A stretch of 64,000 bases of DNA from a virus, in IMG/VR virus record IMGVR_UViG_3300023179_000031, positions 1 through 64,000 of that record, one strand, 5' to 3'. Every line of letters begins with the position of its first letter. Positions within the stretch are counted from its first letter, which is position 1. Of the stretch, positions 36,501-47,076 are shown piece by piece. Under the pieces are notes generated by a model. That model made no database searches and was not told where the DNA came from. It was given only the letters and a program-made list of their open reading frames with translations. The translations under genes were made by a program, and so were the position numbers.

Positions 36501-36949
36501 TATCTTACTCATACGCCAATCCACAAGCGTTATTACATGGTAATAAATTACTATCTACAAATACTGCTGAAAATGGTTGGGGAATTTACTCAGATCATGG
36601 CGTTATTAGCATACAACATAAAGTAAATGGCGCAACTGTAGAAATATTAAGATCTAATATAACTCTACCATTAAATACTTGGAGTCATATTGCTTGGGTT
36701 AGAAATGGTCTAACAAATTCGTTATATATTAATGGCACAAAGAGATCTGCCGACTCAATATCTGCCGGATCAGCACCTCAATATCATGATACATCACTAG
36801 ATATTGGGACTAGAATTAGTACTGGCAGTCTAGATCACAGAAATATCTATGGATATATAGATGAAGTTAGGGTAAGTAAACTAGCAAGATACTCATCAGC
36901 AAATTACACGGTGCCGAGTAGGTCATTTGGTGTAAATACTTGTGAATAA
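33542..36949 (+). CDS. Tail fiber/adhesin: Mtd-N-like, Thr linker, RCC1 repeats, FN3, LamG-like
   Basis: NPILASGEP...FKIGNG; repeated SFG.N..GQLG...SAG..HSL; FN3 pattern Y.VQYS...TGLENGTNY.F; W.HIA.VR...GYIDEVRVS. Confidence 0.85.
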   Translation: MASHYQNMLLRRGELTELNASNPILASGEPAFAVDSNTFKIGNGVDSWQTLDRFVTTGDIKATIATISIPSIAINQSHTIVIDFEGVNLDEKYAIFASPVSSLPDGLVVAYSFVNDTDKVSINIRNTSLDYIDAGNANDSGNAPSSQSVPNIDFYVVAYLVQSTTTTTTTTTTLPPVSDSVFSFGYNEFGQLGVNNTISRAEPEQVVGNHTWKTLSAGHYHSLGIDINDDLYSFGYNYYGQLGLGNSGASTNRKVPTKVSSNYIENNVYSSGAKWNKVSAGAYHSLAIDSGNKLFAFGSNAHGSLGLGDLSPRTIPTMVGTNVNYLPLSTETPEEISIINNEYVFSGIKQDYAGQVRYLLPSGQYIISGVPIEYPIAVLNAGKTNLISYSGESFAGSSILAGTTADGMYNFYYGNIYVNVSGNYDKVSTHTISDGYMGGENIFYYADPDIGWQDVSAGNYHSLAIKNGELYSFGHNTFGQLGTGDNENKYLPTKVGTKTNWTKVYAGNYHSLAIDSSGALWSFGSNNHGQLGLGDSLNRNVPTKVSGVWQAFEDFNFSNLSSSSSVGFDDEKFVFNYSNNKQYSYEDRYLLSNGTYVISGVPSGLPLAILNDGKQQQISYSGTNYYGSKTLTGTTNNGTYNFYYGTLTVRVSGDFEKVSTHTYNSGYMGGENIFYYNRQLNSWSDASAGVDFSIALDHNNNLWSFGKNDHGQLGLNDDTSRNLPAKLPLSNWQSVDAGANHVLTVNSNKELWSFGGNNNGQLGLGDRTDRYEPTKVNSEIRWSKPKAGGNHSLVTVFSYYPSAPTNITVKNGSDVSSAGTKELEVSWTLTTSEEEGITNYIVQYSTDGGSHWVTVTKPVSTNKYFTVTGLENGTNYIFKIAAVNYFGQGAFSVNSSPKAPSEVVDADFCNVLFLSHLDGNNNSEVFTDISKYHWTATKEGSAKISTNDSKFGGSSALFDGIGGLTFGSGSEFNLSGNFTIECFFRPVSYSYANPQALLHGNKLLSTNTAENGWGIYSDHGVISIQHKVNGATVEILRSNITLPLNTWSHIAWVRNGLTNSLYINGTKRSADSISAGSAPQYHDTSLDIGTRISTGSLDHRNIYGYIDEVRVSKLARYSSANYTVPSRSFGVNTCE

Positions 36950-36975
36950 TATCATCAGTCAAATTAGGAGTTTTT

Positions 36976-37293
36976 ATGGGCGCTAAATATCCAAAAGTAC
37001 AGTTTAAAAAAGCAACAGAGGCTGAATTTATAGCCGCTGGCACAGTTTTAGCGTCTGGAGAACCCGGATGGGCAACAGATTCTAAAACTTTCAAAATTGG
37101 TGATGGTTCAACATCTTGGGCATCATTAAGTGGTATTGGAACATATGGTGGCACACCAGCTAATATGGTATTTAGCACAACAACGGGGATTACTGGAGCA
37201 TCTGGTATTCTAAACATTGTGCAAATAAGTCAAGCAAATTTTAATGCTCTTGGATCATACAGTCCCAATACAGCTTATTTGATTGTAGGTTAA
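36976..37293 (+). CDS. Short tail-fiber-associated protein with Mtd-N-like domain
   Basis: VLASGEPGWATDSKTFKIGDG, homologous to the N-terminus of the previous gene. Confidence 0.7.
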   Translation: MGAKYPKVQFKKATEAEFIAAGTVLASGEPGWATDSKTFKIGDGSTSWASLSGIGTYGGTPANMVFSTTTGITGASGILNIVQISQANFNALGSYSPNTAYLIVG

Positions 37294-37294
37294 C

Positions 37295-39937
37295 ATGCCA
37301 ATTAAATTTGGAAATGTTGGCATTAGCGGTATAGTATGTGCTAATGCTAGCTCAACTCTTTCTGACGTTTCTGGAGTAGCTATAACAAATAGCTCTGGTC
37401 AGCTTGTTGGGATAATAAGCCTACCAAATAACTTTACTAAGTTAAAGTCAGAAGGTTCTAGAATTGCTGGATTTACTATTACTGGTATTAGAGATGATTT
37501 ATTAATACCATTTAATAAAAGCACATCTGGCGAAGATCTTACATTCAATAGATCCGATGTAATTGATTTTATTTCTTACGAACCAGACGGATTAGTAATA
37601 GAGAGTAATGAATATTCTATTGATTTAGATTCTAATGAGCAAGTCAATTTCAAATTCTATTACCCATTCAATCAAAATAAGTTTGTTCCAGATAGAACGC
37701 TTATAGCTTCTAATATCTCTTCTTTGCTTTACTTTTTGCAACAACAAGATGCGGATGTTACAACTACAATACAAAATGCATTCAATTTTAACATAAATGA
37801 TTTTATTAGTCCTAGCGGAAATGATTCAACGGTAGCATTTAGTGAAATTACTCAAGCGGTTGAAGCTAGTAAAAGAATAGCAGTATTAGTACAAGCAACA
37901 ACGTCTGCTGTTCAAGGGGTAAGTGAAGCAGACTGTTTTCAAGCTTTAGCTATAAATGTTGCTACTGAAACAACGGCTAGGTCTGGAGTTCAAACATTTT
38001 TTGAAGAAAAATCATCTGGTATTATTCTTTCAACTATAGCCAATTCTTCTGGATTGACTAGCATTGCAGAATTACCAGAAGAAGTAGTTAATCAAACTAT
38101 CAATCTAGCAACTAATATTAATTATATTTCAAACAAGGATATAGAAAATTATGATAGAGGAAATCAAATTTCTTCTATTGTTCTAATAAAAAATATATTA
38201 CAACAGGGTATTGACTTAAGAGAAAGCAACGAAACGGTAGCAAATACTATAAGCCAAAAAGTTGAAACTATAGCCAGCGGAATACTTGGCGAAAATTATA
38301 TTCAAAGCTGTGATATAACAATTACTGGAAATATTCCAAACACTACTAGCACAACAACTTCGACTACTACAACAACCACATCTGCTCCACAAAATAATGA
38401 TATATATTGGGACAATGTTACGCTATTGATGCATGGCGATGATTCATTTAACGATTATAGTAAATATTCTCGCCCAATAAGCGCTTCGAATGCTACTATT
38501 ACATCTAATTCTAAGTTTGGAAACGGAGCAATGTTATTTTCTGCCAGCAACTCCGACGTTGGAACACAAAGCTGGACTCCATTTGGAACAGGTGATTTCA
38601 CAGTTGAGTGCTGGATCAATCCTAGCAATATGGGGGAAGCGTACATGTACATACTCCATGCTGGATACAATGAATCTAATACTTGTGGATTTAATGTGAC
38701 GGGAGGTTCTACTGGCAATTATCTGCGAGTAGATGGACCAATTTCTGGATATGGATTCGGACCAAACCACGGAATAACAACTAATCAATGGTATCATATA
38801 GCATATTGTCGCCAAAATGGGTATATGCGAGCATTTGTAAATGGTAATCCATTAGGTTCTGCGCCTATTTTTGTTCCAGATAATTTTGCAAATACAAAGT
38901 TGTATATAGGCAATGCTTTTAATGGAGAAAGTTATTTCCGTGGAATTATAGATGAATTACGAATAACTTCTGGTATATCTCGTTATGATTTGAATTCCAG
39001 CTTCACGCCACCTGAATATGCTTTTGGTTCTAGTACTACTAGTACAACAACGACTACTACCACCACCACAACTACCACCCTTCCACCTACAACAACCACC
39101 ACCACCACAACTACCACCCTTCCACCTACAACTACCACTACAACAACTACCACCACAACGACTACTACCACCACCACAACTACCACCCTTCCACCTACAA
39201 CTACCACTATAACAACTACCACCACAACGACTACTACCACCACCACAACTACCACCCTTCCACCTACAACTACCACTATAACAACAACCACAACTGCCAA
39301 TCCATTCACACCAAGAGCAGTTTTATTAACAAGTGGATCGTCATCATATGTTGTTCCCTCTGGAGCTACCACAATGAAAGCGTGGGCTATTGGCTCTGGA
39401 GGAAATAGTTATTTTTCAGGATCTCAACCATGTGGAGCAGGTGGATGTTCATATAAAACATGGTCTGTCTCAGGTGGTCAGTCTGTTACATATAGCGTAG
39501 GAAGTTACCCAAGCGCTGGTAACGGAAATCAATCTACAATAACTTTTGGGGGAGTAACAATTAGCGGAGGCGGTGGCGGTCAATTTGGTAGTGGTGGTTC
39601 TTATTCTGGCGGTGACGGGGGAGCTATTGGTGGAAGCGGTGTTGTTTTTGGTGATGGGTCAAGAGCAGGATTTGGCTCTGCTAGCGGCGCTGTTGGTGGA
39701 AACGGAATAAGAAAATCATGTGGACGTTTTGCTGCTACAGATGTTAGCGGATTAATTGCGGCAGTTTCATTAGCTGGAGGTAAAACTGTGGAAGATTGCG
39801 GAACAGTTGCGGCATTTGGGTCTGGTGGATATAATGATAAATATACAAATAAAAACGCAGGCATAGGCGGTGGCTTTGTCGGCGGATGGGCTAACTCTCA
39901 AGGAGGAGGCGGGGCTGTAATCCTGTATTTTACATGA
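37295..39937 (+). CDS. Adhesin-like protein: LamG-like domain, long poly-Thr stalk, Gly-rich C-terminal domain
   Basis: VTLLMHGD...DFTVECWI...GIIDELRIT; long Thr/Pro tract; C-terminal GGGGAVILYF. Confidence 0.8.
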   Translation: MPIKFGNVGISGIVCANASSTLSDVSGVAITNSSGQLVGIISLPNNFTKLKSEGSRIAGFTITGIRDDLLIPFNKSTSGEDLTFNRSDVIDFISYEPDGLVIESNEYSIDLDSNEQVNFKFYYPFNQNKFVPDRTLIASNISSLLYFLQQQDADVTTTIQNAFNFNINDFISPSGNDSTVAFSEITQAVEASKRIAVLVQATTSAVQGVSEADCFQALAINVATETTARSGVQTFFEEKSSGIILSTIANSSGLTSIAELPEEVVNQTINLATNINYISNKDIENYDRGNQISSIVLIKNILQQGIDLRESNETVANTISQKVETIASGILGENYIQSCDITITGNIPNTTSTTTSTTTTTTSAPQNNDIYWDNVTLLMHGDDSFNDYSKYSRPISASNATITSNSKFGNGAMLFSASNSDVGTQSWTPFGTGDFTVECWINPSNMGEAYMYILHAGYNESNTCGFNVTGGSTGNYLRVDGPISGYGFGPNHGITTNQWYHIAYCRQNGYMRAFVNGNPLGSAPIFVPDNFANTKLYIGNAFNGESYFRGIIDELRITSGISRYDLNSSFTPPEYAFGSSTTSTTTTTTTTTTTTLPPTTTTTTTTTTLPPTTTTTTTTTTTTTTTTTTTTLPPTTTTITTTTTTTTTTTTTTTLPPTTTTITTTTTANPFTPRAVLLTSGSSSYVVPSGATTMKAWAIGSGGNSYFSGSQPCGAGGCSYKTWSVSGGQSVTYSVGSYPSAGNGNQSTITFGGVTISGGGGGQFGSGGSYSGGDGGAIGGSGVVFGDGSRAGFGSASGAVGGNGIRKSCGRFAATDVSGLIAAVSLAGGKTVEDCGTVAAFGSGGYNDKYTNKNAGIGGGFVGGWANSQGGGGAVILYFT
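39031..39296 (+). repeat. Thr-coding tandem repeat (39-bp and 69-bp periods)
   Basis: CTACCACCCTTCCACCTACAAC at 39072, 39111, 39180 and 39249. Confidence 0.9.
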
Positions 39938-40434
39938 GCGAAATTTTACGATCACCAATAACAAATAATGCAGTTATGCTAATTCCCAGAAATGGTTCTC
40001 ATTCTTTGGCTATTTCAGCTATGAGAACTTTTTGGCCAGATATTGCAATTTCTGACGAATCACATCCCGCCACATTTTTTGGAGAAGAAGAGTGGTGGAA
40101 TGGCGCTAATCAAAATGTCGCCATCGTTGTTCGAAATCCTATAGAGAGATTTCGTTCAATGTGTGCGCATAGACCACAAAAAACATTAGAAGAACATCTT
40201 GATAACCCCGTATATGGACCACTTCCAAGCGGTAATTTTGTTAGATATTTTAGATTTGAAGATCAATTAAATGAAGCTGCGACATGGCTTGGTCTTCCTA
40301 CTCCACTTCCTAAAGAAGATGCCACGGATGAAGCGAATAAACCCATCCTTACAATAGAGCAAGAAATTAAAGTTCGTGAAATTTATGCAAATGATATTAA
40401 ACTTTGGGAAAGTCTTCAAATAAATAATCCATAA
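39934..40434 (+). CDS. Sulfotransferase-like protein
   Basis: LIPRNGSHSL (5'-PSB-like) and VVRNPIERFRS (3'-PB-like); C-terminal IYANDIKLW. Confidence 0.6.
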   Translation: MSEILRSPITNNAVMLIPRNGSHSLAISAMRTFWPDIAISDESHPATFFGEEEWWNGANQNVAIVVRNPIERFRSMCAHRPQKTLEEHLDNPVYGPLPSGNFVRYFRFEDQLNEAATWLGLPTPLPKEDATDEANKPILTIEQEIKVREIYANDIKLWESLQINNP

Positions 40435-40445
40435 AGGAAAATATA

Positions 40446-41558
<1,113 letters not shown>

Positions 41559-41632
41559 TCTGCGGAACCTAAATTAGAATTAGAAAAAATACACTTATAC
41601 ACTCACAATATATAATATCAAGAGACAATTAA

Positions 41633-44284
41633 ATGTCAACATCGGACGTAGTAATAAATATAGTTCCAAATAAATCAGACGTTGCTAACAACAATGTTGT
41701 AGTAAGTTGTCAAAAAACAGGTAATTATAAAATTGTAGATAATAGTAAAAATAAAAAAACAGAAACAGTAAGAGCTATAGAATTAGAATACACAGACCGG
41801 TTTAACAAGAAACGTCCAAGTTTTGGTATAATTCCAGTTGTGGCCGCGTTACCAACAACGACAACAACTACCACCACAACACCAACTACTACGACCACCC
41901 CTACACCCGGAGTATCAACAACTCTTGCTCCTACAACTACAACCACAACTACTACCACAACATTACCACCAAATCCATTTATATATGGTGTCGATATTAT
42001 TGGAGATATATGGGAAATCGATGTTGTAAACAAATCATTCCAACTTGTTTCAAAAACTGAAAAACCATATTTAGATTATAATGCGACATGTTATGATCAA
42101 GCTAGAGATCAAATATTTTATTTTTCTAATGAAGCTGGATATTGCATAAATGAAAATGGTATAAAAGATATAATATTTTCGCAACAAGACTTTTCAGGAG
42201 TAACCCCATCTTGTGCAGCTTATTACAATGATGCTATATGGTTCTTTGATCCAAATAATCCAATAATATTACAAAAATTCGCACTAAATTACGTAAAAAA
42301 CGCCCCAGTATTAGCATCACATGATGGTGCTACAGCAGACTATTTTATAAATTATTTTGCTGATAAAGGGCAACAAACTAGTATATCCATTGATGTAAAC
42401 ACCGGAATATTATATGGTATATCACGGGATGTATTTTTTTCTATCGATTTAAATGATCCAGATCCAGCAAGTACTTTCACAATCATAAAAGAATTTTTTA
42501 ATTTGGATGAGAATGGAGTACCAATAATAGCAATAACAAATTTTAATGGATCTATATATGAGTCTGGATTCATTGCGCCAGATGGAAACTGTTCGCCTCA
42601 ATTGGCTTTTAATACAAATTGCAGCATTTTGTATTTACACGTTTCAGAAACTGGAGCTTGGTTCACAATAGATAAGACAAATGGCGATATAACATCTTTA
42701 AATTTTAGCTCATCTTTTGTATTAACAGATGGAAATTATGGATTAGTAGACATATGTGGATCTAGAGTATCTTCAAGAATACCAAATCCACCAACAGAAC
42801 AAAATTGGGAAATATCAGCACAAACGACTGATTCTAACCAAGGTTTTGATATAGATTTTACATCTTCCATAGTTGGTGCATTATTAACAAATATTTTTAT
42901 AGATTGGGGAGATGGCAGAAAATGTATATACAAAAGTGGTGGTAGAAAATCAATCAATTATCGTAATGCTGGAACTTATAATATTAAAATTAGAGGAACT
43001 ATCAAAAATATTCAATTTGCCAATGCTGTTTCAAAAGTAAGATTAAAATCAGTAGGTGTCATACCTGCAAATTTTGGAATTACAACATTTTACAACATGT
43101 TTGCTGGATGTACTGGATTAACAAATATTCCAGAAGATATATTTATTAATTATCCAAATCTAACAACAAATGTTTTTGGAAATACTTTCTCTGGTTGTAC
43201 TGGGCTAACAAGTATACCAGAAAAATTATTCAAAAATCAAATTAGTCTTGGTAATGGAAGTTTTTATGCTACATTCATTAACTGCACAGGGTTAACTAGT
43301 ATACCGGATAATTTATTTAGATATAATACATCTGTTGGTGCAGGTTCTTTTAGTTATACTTTTTCTGGTTGCACATCACTTACAACTGTGCCAGCAGATA
43401 TTTTTAGATATAATACTAAAGTTGATATATCATCATTTATTGGTGTATTTGACAAAGTGACTTTATCAACAACATCATACAACAATCTACTAGCTTCACT
43501 AAATACATATCTAGGATCAAAAACTGGTATGCAATTTAATGCTGGCAATTCAAAGCATAGCGGAAATGGAACAACAGCCAGAACATCATTGATTTCTAAA
43601 GGCTGGAAAATGATAGATGGATCAGACATAGTTTTACATTTAGATTCTCAAAATTCTACAAGCTGGACAGGATCTGGAATTTGGTATGATATAAGTGGAT
43701 TCAAGCATGATGCTAAATTATACAATGGCGCATATTATGATAGCGGGTTTATCGTGTTCGATGGAAGTAATGATTATGCAGAAGTATTACATACAGCATC
43801 TTCTGCTCCATATATAAATGAATGTCTTGCATCCGATTTTGCTTTTGATATATGGGTATATATGTATGTACCGCAAGTGAGGCCATTTGGTAAAATAGTA
43901 TCTAAAGGTAGATTTGCATATCCCGGATTCAATGGTATTACCTTGCAAACAAATAATAATGTGGTAACATCATACATTAACTACAAAACATCTTCAGGCG
44001 TGTCGGTTGGAGGTCTAGGAGCTTCTCTAACTTCAAACGGGTGGACCAATATAGTTTATACAAGAACAAACGGTACTATGTCAGTGTATAAAAATGGACA
44101 ATTCCTTTCGTCCAAACAAGATTCTTATGATTTAAGATCGAATTATAACATAAGAATAGGAAGCAATTACGAGCCAGACAATCAATCTAAACAAAAAATA
44201 GCAGTATTAAAACAATACAGAAGAGGTCTTACATCTCAAGAAATAGCAGCAAGTTATGCTGAATACGCAAGCAGATTTGTGTAA
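41633..44284 (+). CDS. Adhesin-like protein: Thr linker, beta-propeller-like, PKD-like, BspA-type LRR, LamG-like
   Basis: IDWGDG; repeats F.GCTGLTSIP..LF; LHLDS...WYDISG...FDGSNDY. Confidence 0.8.
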   Translation: MSTSDVVINIVPNKSDVANNNVVVSCQKTGNYKIVDNSKNKKTETVRAIELEYTDRFNKKRPSFGIIPVVAALPTTTTTTTTTPTTTTTPTPGVSTTLAPTTTTTTTTTTLPPNPFIYGVDIIGDIWEIDVVNKSFQLVSKTEKPYLDYNATCYDQARDQIFYFSNEAGYCINENGIKDIIFSQQDFSGVTPSCAAYYNDAIWFFDPNNPIILQKFALNYVKNAPVLASHDGATADYFINYFADKGQQTSISIDVNTGILYGISRDVFFSIDLNDPDPASTFTIIKEFFNLDENGVPIIAITNFNGSIYESGFIAPDGNCSPQLAFNTNCSILYLHVSETGAWFTIDKTNGDITSLNFSSSFVLTDGNYGLVDICGSRVSSRIPNPPTEQNWEISAQTTDSNQGFDIDFTSSIVGALLTNIFIDWGDGRKCIYKSGGRKSINYRNAGTYNIKIRGTIKNIQFANAVSKVRLKSVGVIPANFGITTFYNMFAGCTGLTNIPEDIFINYPNLTTNVFGNTFSGCTGLTSIPEKLFKNQISLGNGSFYATFINCTGLTSIPDNLFRYNTSVGAGSFSYTFSGCTSLTTVPADIFRYNTKVDISSFIGVFDKVTLSTTSYNNLLASLNTYLGSKTGMQFNAGNSKHSGNGTTARTSLISKGWKMIDGSDIVLHLDSQNSTSWTGSGIWYDISGFKHDAKLYNGAYYDSGFIVFDGSNDYAEVLHTASSAPYINECLASDFAFDIWVYMYVPQVRPFGKIVSKGRFAYPGFNGITLQTNNNVVTSYINYKTSSGVSVGGLGASLTSNGWTNIVYTRTNGTMSVYKNGQFLSSKQDSYDLRSNYNIRIGSNYEPDNQSKQKIAVLKQYRRGLTSQEIAASYAEYASRFV

Positions 44285-44336
44285 TCTAGATTGCAGCTAT
44301 GGTTGTACACCGGTATAATAACTAAAGGAGTCAAAT

Positions 44337-44549
44337 ATGTCAACAGTAGATGTAGTTACAAACGTAGTCCCAAATAATGAGACAATTAAGAATGCCACGA
44401 CTGTAGTCAATTGCTATAGAACTGGCGCTTTTAATCTTTCAAACGCAACCTATCAAAAATCTATTACATATAACGCGATGGAATCAAAGTATACTAGTAG
44501 ATTTGATGATCTTGGATATTATCACTCAGTAGATGGCGGGAACCCATGA
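44337..44549 (+). CDS. Stand-alone homolog of the N-terminal domain of 41633-44284
   Basis: MSTVDVVTNVVPN...C..TG vs MSTSDVVINIVPN...C..TG; promoter TTGCAG-17-TATAAT (44291-44319). Confidence 0.75.
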   Translation: MSTVDVVTNVVPNNETIKNATTVVNCYRTGAFNLSNATYQKSITYNAMESKYTSRFDDLGYYHSVDGGNP

Positions 44550-44899
44550 AATATTTAGTTGGCTTAATATTGCTATTAGCTTTAGCTGGATGCTCTGCTA
44601 TTAACTGTTGCTATTTGCCAACAGCCGACATAACAGACATGTACGCACAATATATTGACGAATGGAAGAGTCAAGCAAAAGTAGCTTTTGAGGAAGCAGA
44701 AGCAAAAGTTTTTGTTGTCGCTCCAAAACCAGACGTTGTTGGTCCAGATGAAGATCCAGCAAAATGCGTTTGCAAAGGAACTGGGATAATTATTCATGGA
44801 GATGGTCACAAAACACCGTGTCCATTCCACAGCAAAAGCTCGTCAAGGATGAAAGCGATAGTAGAACAAAAAGGCTTGATAATTCAACAATCAAATTAG
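44546..44899 (+). CDS. Putative lipoprotein
   Basis: LAGC lipobox; CVCKGTG...GDGH...CPFH. Confidence 0.7.
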   Translation: MKYLVGLILLLALAGCSAINCCYLPTADITDMYAQYIDEWKSQAKVAFEEAEAKVFVVAPKPDVVGPDEDPAKCVCKGTGIIIHGDGHKTPCPFHSKSSSRMKAIVEQKGLIIQQSN

Positions 44900-44913
44900 T
44901 TACTGGAGAAAAG

Positions 44914-45201
44914 ATGGAAATTGAAACAATACTCAAGATAGTTGCACTATCTATTGGCGCTCTTATTATTTTATCTAACTTTGTAAGGTTTGATACTCTA
45001 CTTGCTAGACTACTTCCTAAAAAGAAAGTGCCTCAAGTAGTTGTTCAAGAAAATAAAGAAGATGAGAAATTTTTGCATATTATTAATCTATGGTATCAAC
45101 TAAAAGATAATTGTGATTCTTATGGTTTGCAATTAGCTGTTGAGAAATTAGACGAAGTGTTCCCATTGCTAAATAGCAGGAAAGACGAGAGTGCGAAATG
45201 A
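44914..45201 (+). CDS. Membrane protein
   Basis: N-terminal TM segment; GGAG RBS. Confidence 0.65.
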   Translation: MEIETILKIVALSIGALIILSNFVRFDTLLARLLPKKKVPQVVVQENKEDEKFLHIINLWYQLKDNCDSYGLQLAVEKLDEVFPLLNSRKDESAK

Positions 45202-45662
45202 CTAAAAACGCTATAGCCGTACTACTAATTATGTACGGCATTTTTGGTAATAGTTTATTCTATAATCCAGATAAGCCAACGCCACCATCTCCCTCTCCAT
45301 CTGTAGCTATTTTAAACATTGATAAGCCTACAGAAGCCGTTTTGGCTAAAGTACAAAAGTTTTCAGATCTTGTTGAAGATCCAACAGATAGAGCAAAGCT
45401 AGCAATATTTAACCATCAGTTTGCAACTAGAGTAGTTGCCTATGATACTAATTTACAGCAACTAAATGATGTTTACGTATTGGCTGGTAAAAATTTCTTC
45501 AAAGATTCTATTCATGGAAAATATAAAGCTTTACCAGACATGATCATTAGTCTAATTCAAGACACTACAACAGATGAAAATCACGTATTAACATCTGATG
45601 AGAAAAACAAAATAAGCGAAAATTTTATGGGAGTTGCTTGGGTGCTTATCCAGAAAAAGTGA
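45198..45662 (+). CDS. Membrane-anchored/secreted protein
   Basis: N-terminal hydrophobic segment and Pro-rich linker. Confidence 0.65.
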   Translation: MTKNAIAVLLIMYGIFGNSLFYNPDKPTPPSPSPSVAILNIDKPTEAVLAKVQKFSDLVEDPTDRAKLAIFNHQFATRVVAYDTNLQQLNDVYVLAGKNFFKDSIHGKYKALPDMIISLIQDTTTDENHVLTSDEKNKISENFMGVAWVLIQKK

Positions 45663-45664
45663 TT

Positions 45665-46390
45665 ATGACAAAAGTTGCATTAGTATGTATTGCAAAAAAT
45701 GAAGATAATTATATAGACGAGTGGATAAGTTACAATTTTAAGTTAGGCTTTGATGATATTCACGTTTATGCTAACGATTGGAATTTTAAATCTAGTAGCC
45801 CAAACGTTATAGTAAAACACATTCCGGGATCAGAGCAGCAAGTACCAGCTTACAATGATTTTGTACATTGTAACAATTCAAAGTATAATTGGGCTGCTTT
45901 TTTTGATGTAGATGAATTTTTAGTTCTTAAGAAACATAAAAACATTAAACATTTACTATCAGAGTATTCTGAATTTCCAGCTATAGGCATTAATTGGTAT
46001 TTTTTTGGAAGCAATGGTCACGATAAAATCAATGGCAATTATTCCGTTATTGACAGATTTACAAAAAGGCAAAGTATAGCAAATAAACATGTTAAAACAA
46101 TAGCAAGATTACCATGCTATCACACCGTTGGAATACATGATTTAATGAATTGCACTTGGGTTGACACAAATAAAAAACCTCACCGTGGGCCATTTAATGA
46201 AGATTTAGTAGTAGATGTTGCTCATATAAATCACTACTTTACAAAAAGCAAAGAAGAATTTATAACAAAGGTAAATCGGGGCAGGGCAGATACAACGCAA
46301 TACAAAAGACAACTATCAGAATATGACGAAAATAAAAACTGGAACGAAGTAGAAGATCTAATGGCATATAACTTTTATCACAATCTATAG
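45665..46390 (+). CDS. GT-A glycosyltransferase (GT2/GT92-like)
   Basis: CIAKNE..YI.EW, FFDVDEFL, INW..FG and INHYFTKS.EEF. Confidence 0.85.
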   Translation: MTKVALVCIAKNEDNYIDEWISYNFKLGFDDIHVYANDWNFKSSSPNVIVKHIPGSEQQVPAYNDFVHCNNSKYNWAAFFDVDEFLVLKKHKNIKHLLSEYSEFPAIGINWYFFGSNGHDKINGNYSVIDRFTKRQSIANKHVKTIARLPCYHTVGIHDLMNCTWVDTNKKPHRGPFNEDLVVDVAHINHYFTKSKEEFITKVNRGRADTTQYKRQLSEYDENKNWNEVEDLMAYNFYHNL

Positions 46391-46398
46391 GTGTTATT

Positions 46399-47034
46399 AT
46401 GATAGAGCTTACTCAAATAGAAACAATCTTAAATAGCATATTCAAGGGTGGCTTTGATCTTAATGGCACTAAAATTGCTTGTCAGTCACCGGCACGTATT
46501 ACAGTAAATGCTATAGACAATGATAATATAGCTATAGATTTTCATGACAATTTACCAAAAGCTACAGTCAAAAAATTAATAGCAATAACTTTACAGGTAG
46601 AGGGAGTTGTATTTAAAAAAGATTCTGGAACAATTAGAATCAAACATTTTCCAGATATTAATTTCGATTACGCAAAAGAAAGTAAAGCTATAGGAGCTTA
46701 TGAGATAGATAATGTTGATTTTCTAGAAATTGAATCAGAAATATCTAAAGAATACGATGACGAGAACAGAAAAAAATTGGCAGACAAGTGCTTGCAATAC
46801 GCCAAAGAGTGGGCTACAATAGCTAGTTATGGAGGCGTGTTGTTTAAGGATTGCGATTTTGACAAGCAGCAAGATCTAAAAGCACAATGCAGAAGCTTCG
46901 TCAAAGAAAGCGTCATGAAAGATGAAGAAGTGCGCTATGGATCAGTGATTCTTACATTTATTTTGATTCAAATCATATTGCCGATTATCATTAAATGGAT
47001 TGTTGAAAGGCTCTTCAAGAGACTTTTTAGTTGA
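46399..47034 (+). CDS. Hypothetical protein with C-terminal hydrophobic helix
   Basis: 211 aa; ends VILTFILIQIILPIIIKWIV. Confidence 0.6.
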   Translation: MIELTQIETILNSIFKGGFDLNGTKIACQSPARITVNAIDNDNIAIDFHDNLPKATVKKLIAITLQVEGVVFKKDSGTIRIKHFPDINFDYAKESKAIGAYEIDNVDFLEIESEISKEYDDENRKKLADKCLQYAKEWATIASYGGVLFKDCDFDKQQDLKAQCRSFVKESVMKDEEVRYGSVILTFILIQIILPIIIKWIVERLFKRLFS

Positions 47035-47076
47035 AATTATACAATTCAACCCTGAAATACTACAAGGAAAATATTT

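Noticed and set aside
33542-37293. Diversity-generating retroelement suggested by Mtd-N-like domains
   Set aside because: No reverse transcriptase and no TR/VR pair differing at adenines is seen in the window.
44546-45662. Spanin pair
   Set aside because: A lipoprotein and TM proteins are present, but there is no long periplasmic coiled coil and the gene order is not i-spanin then o-spanin. Too weak to call.
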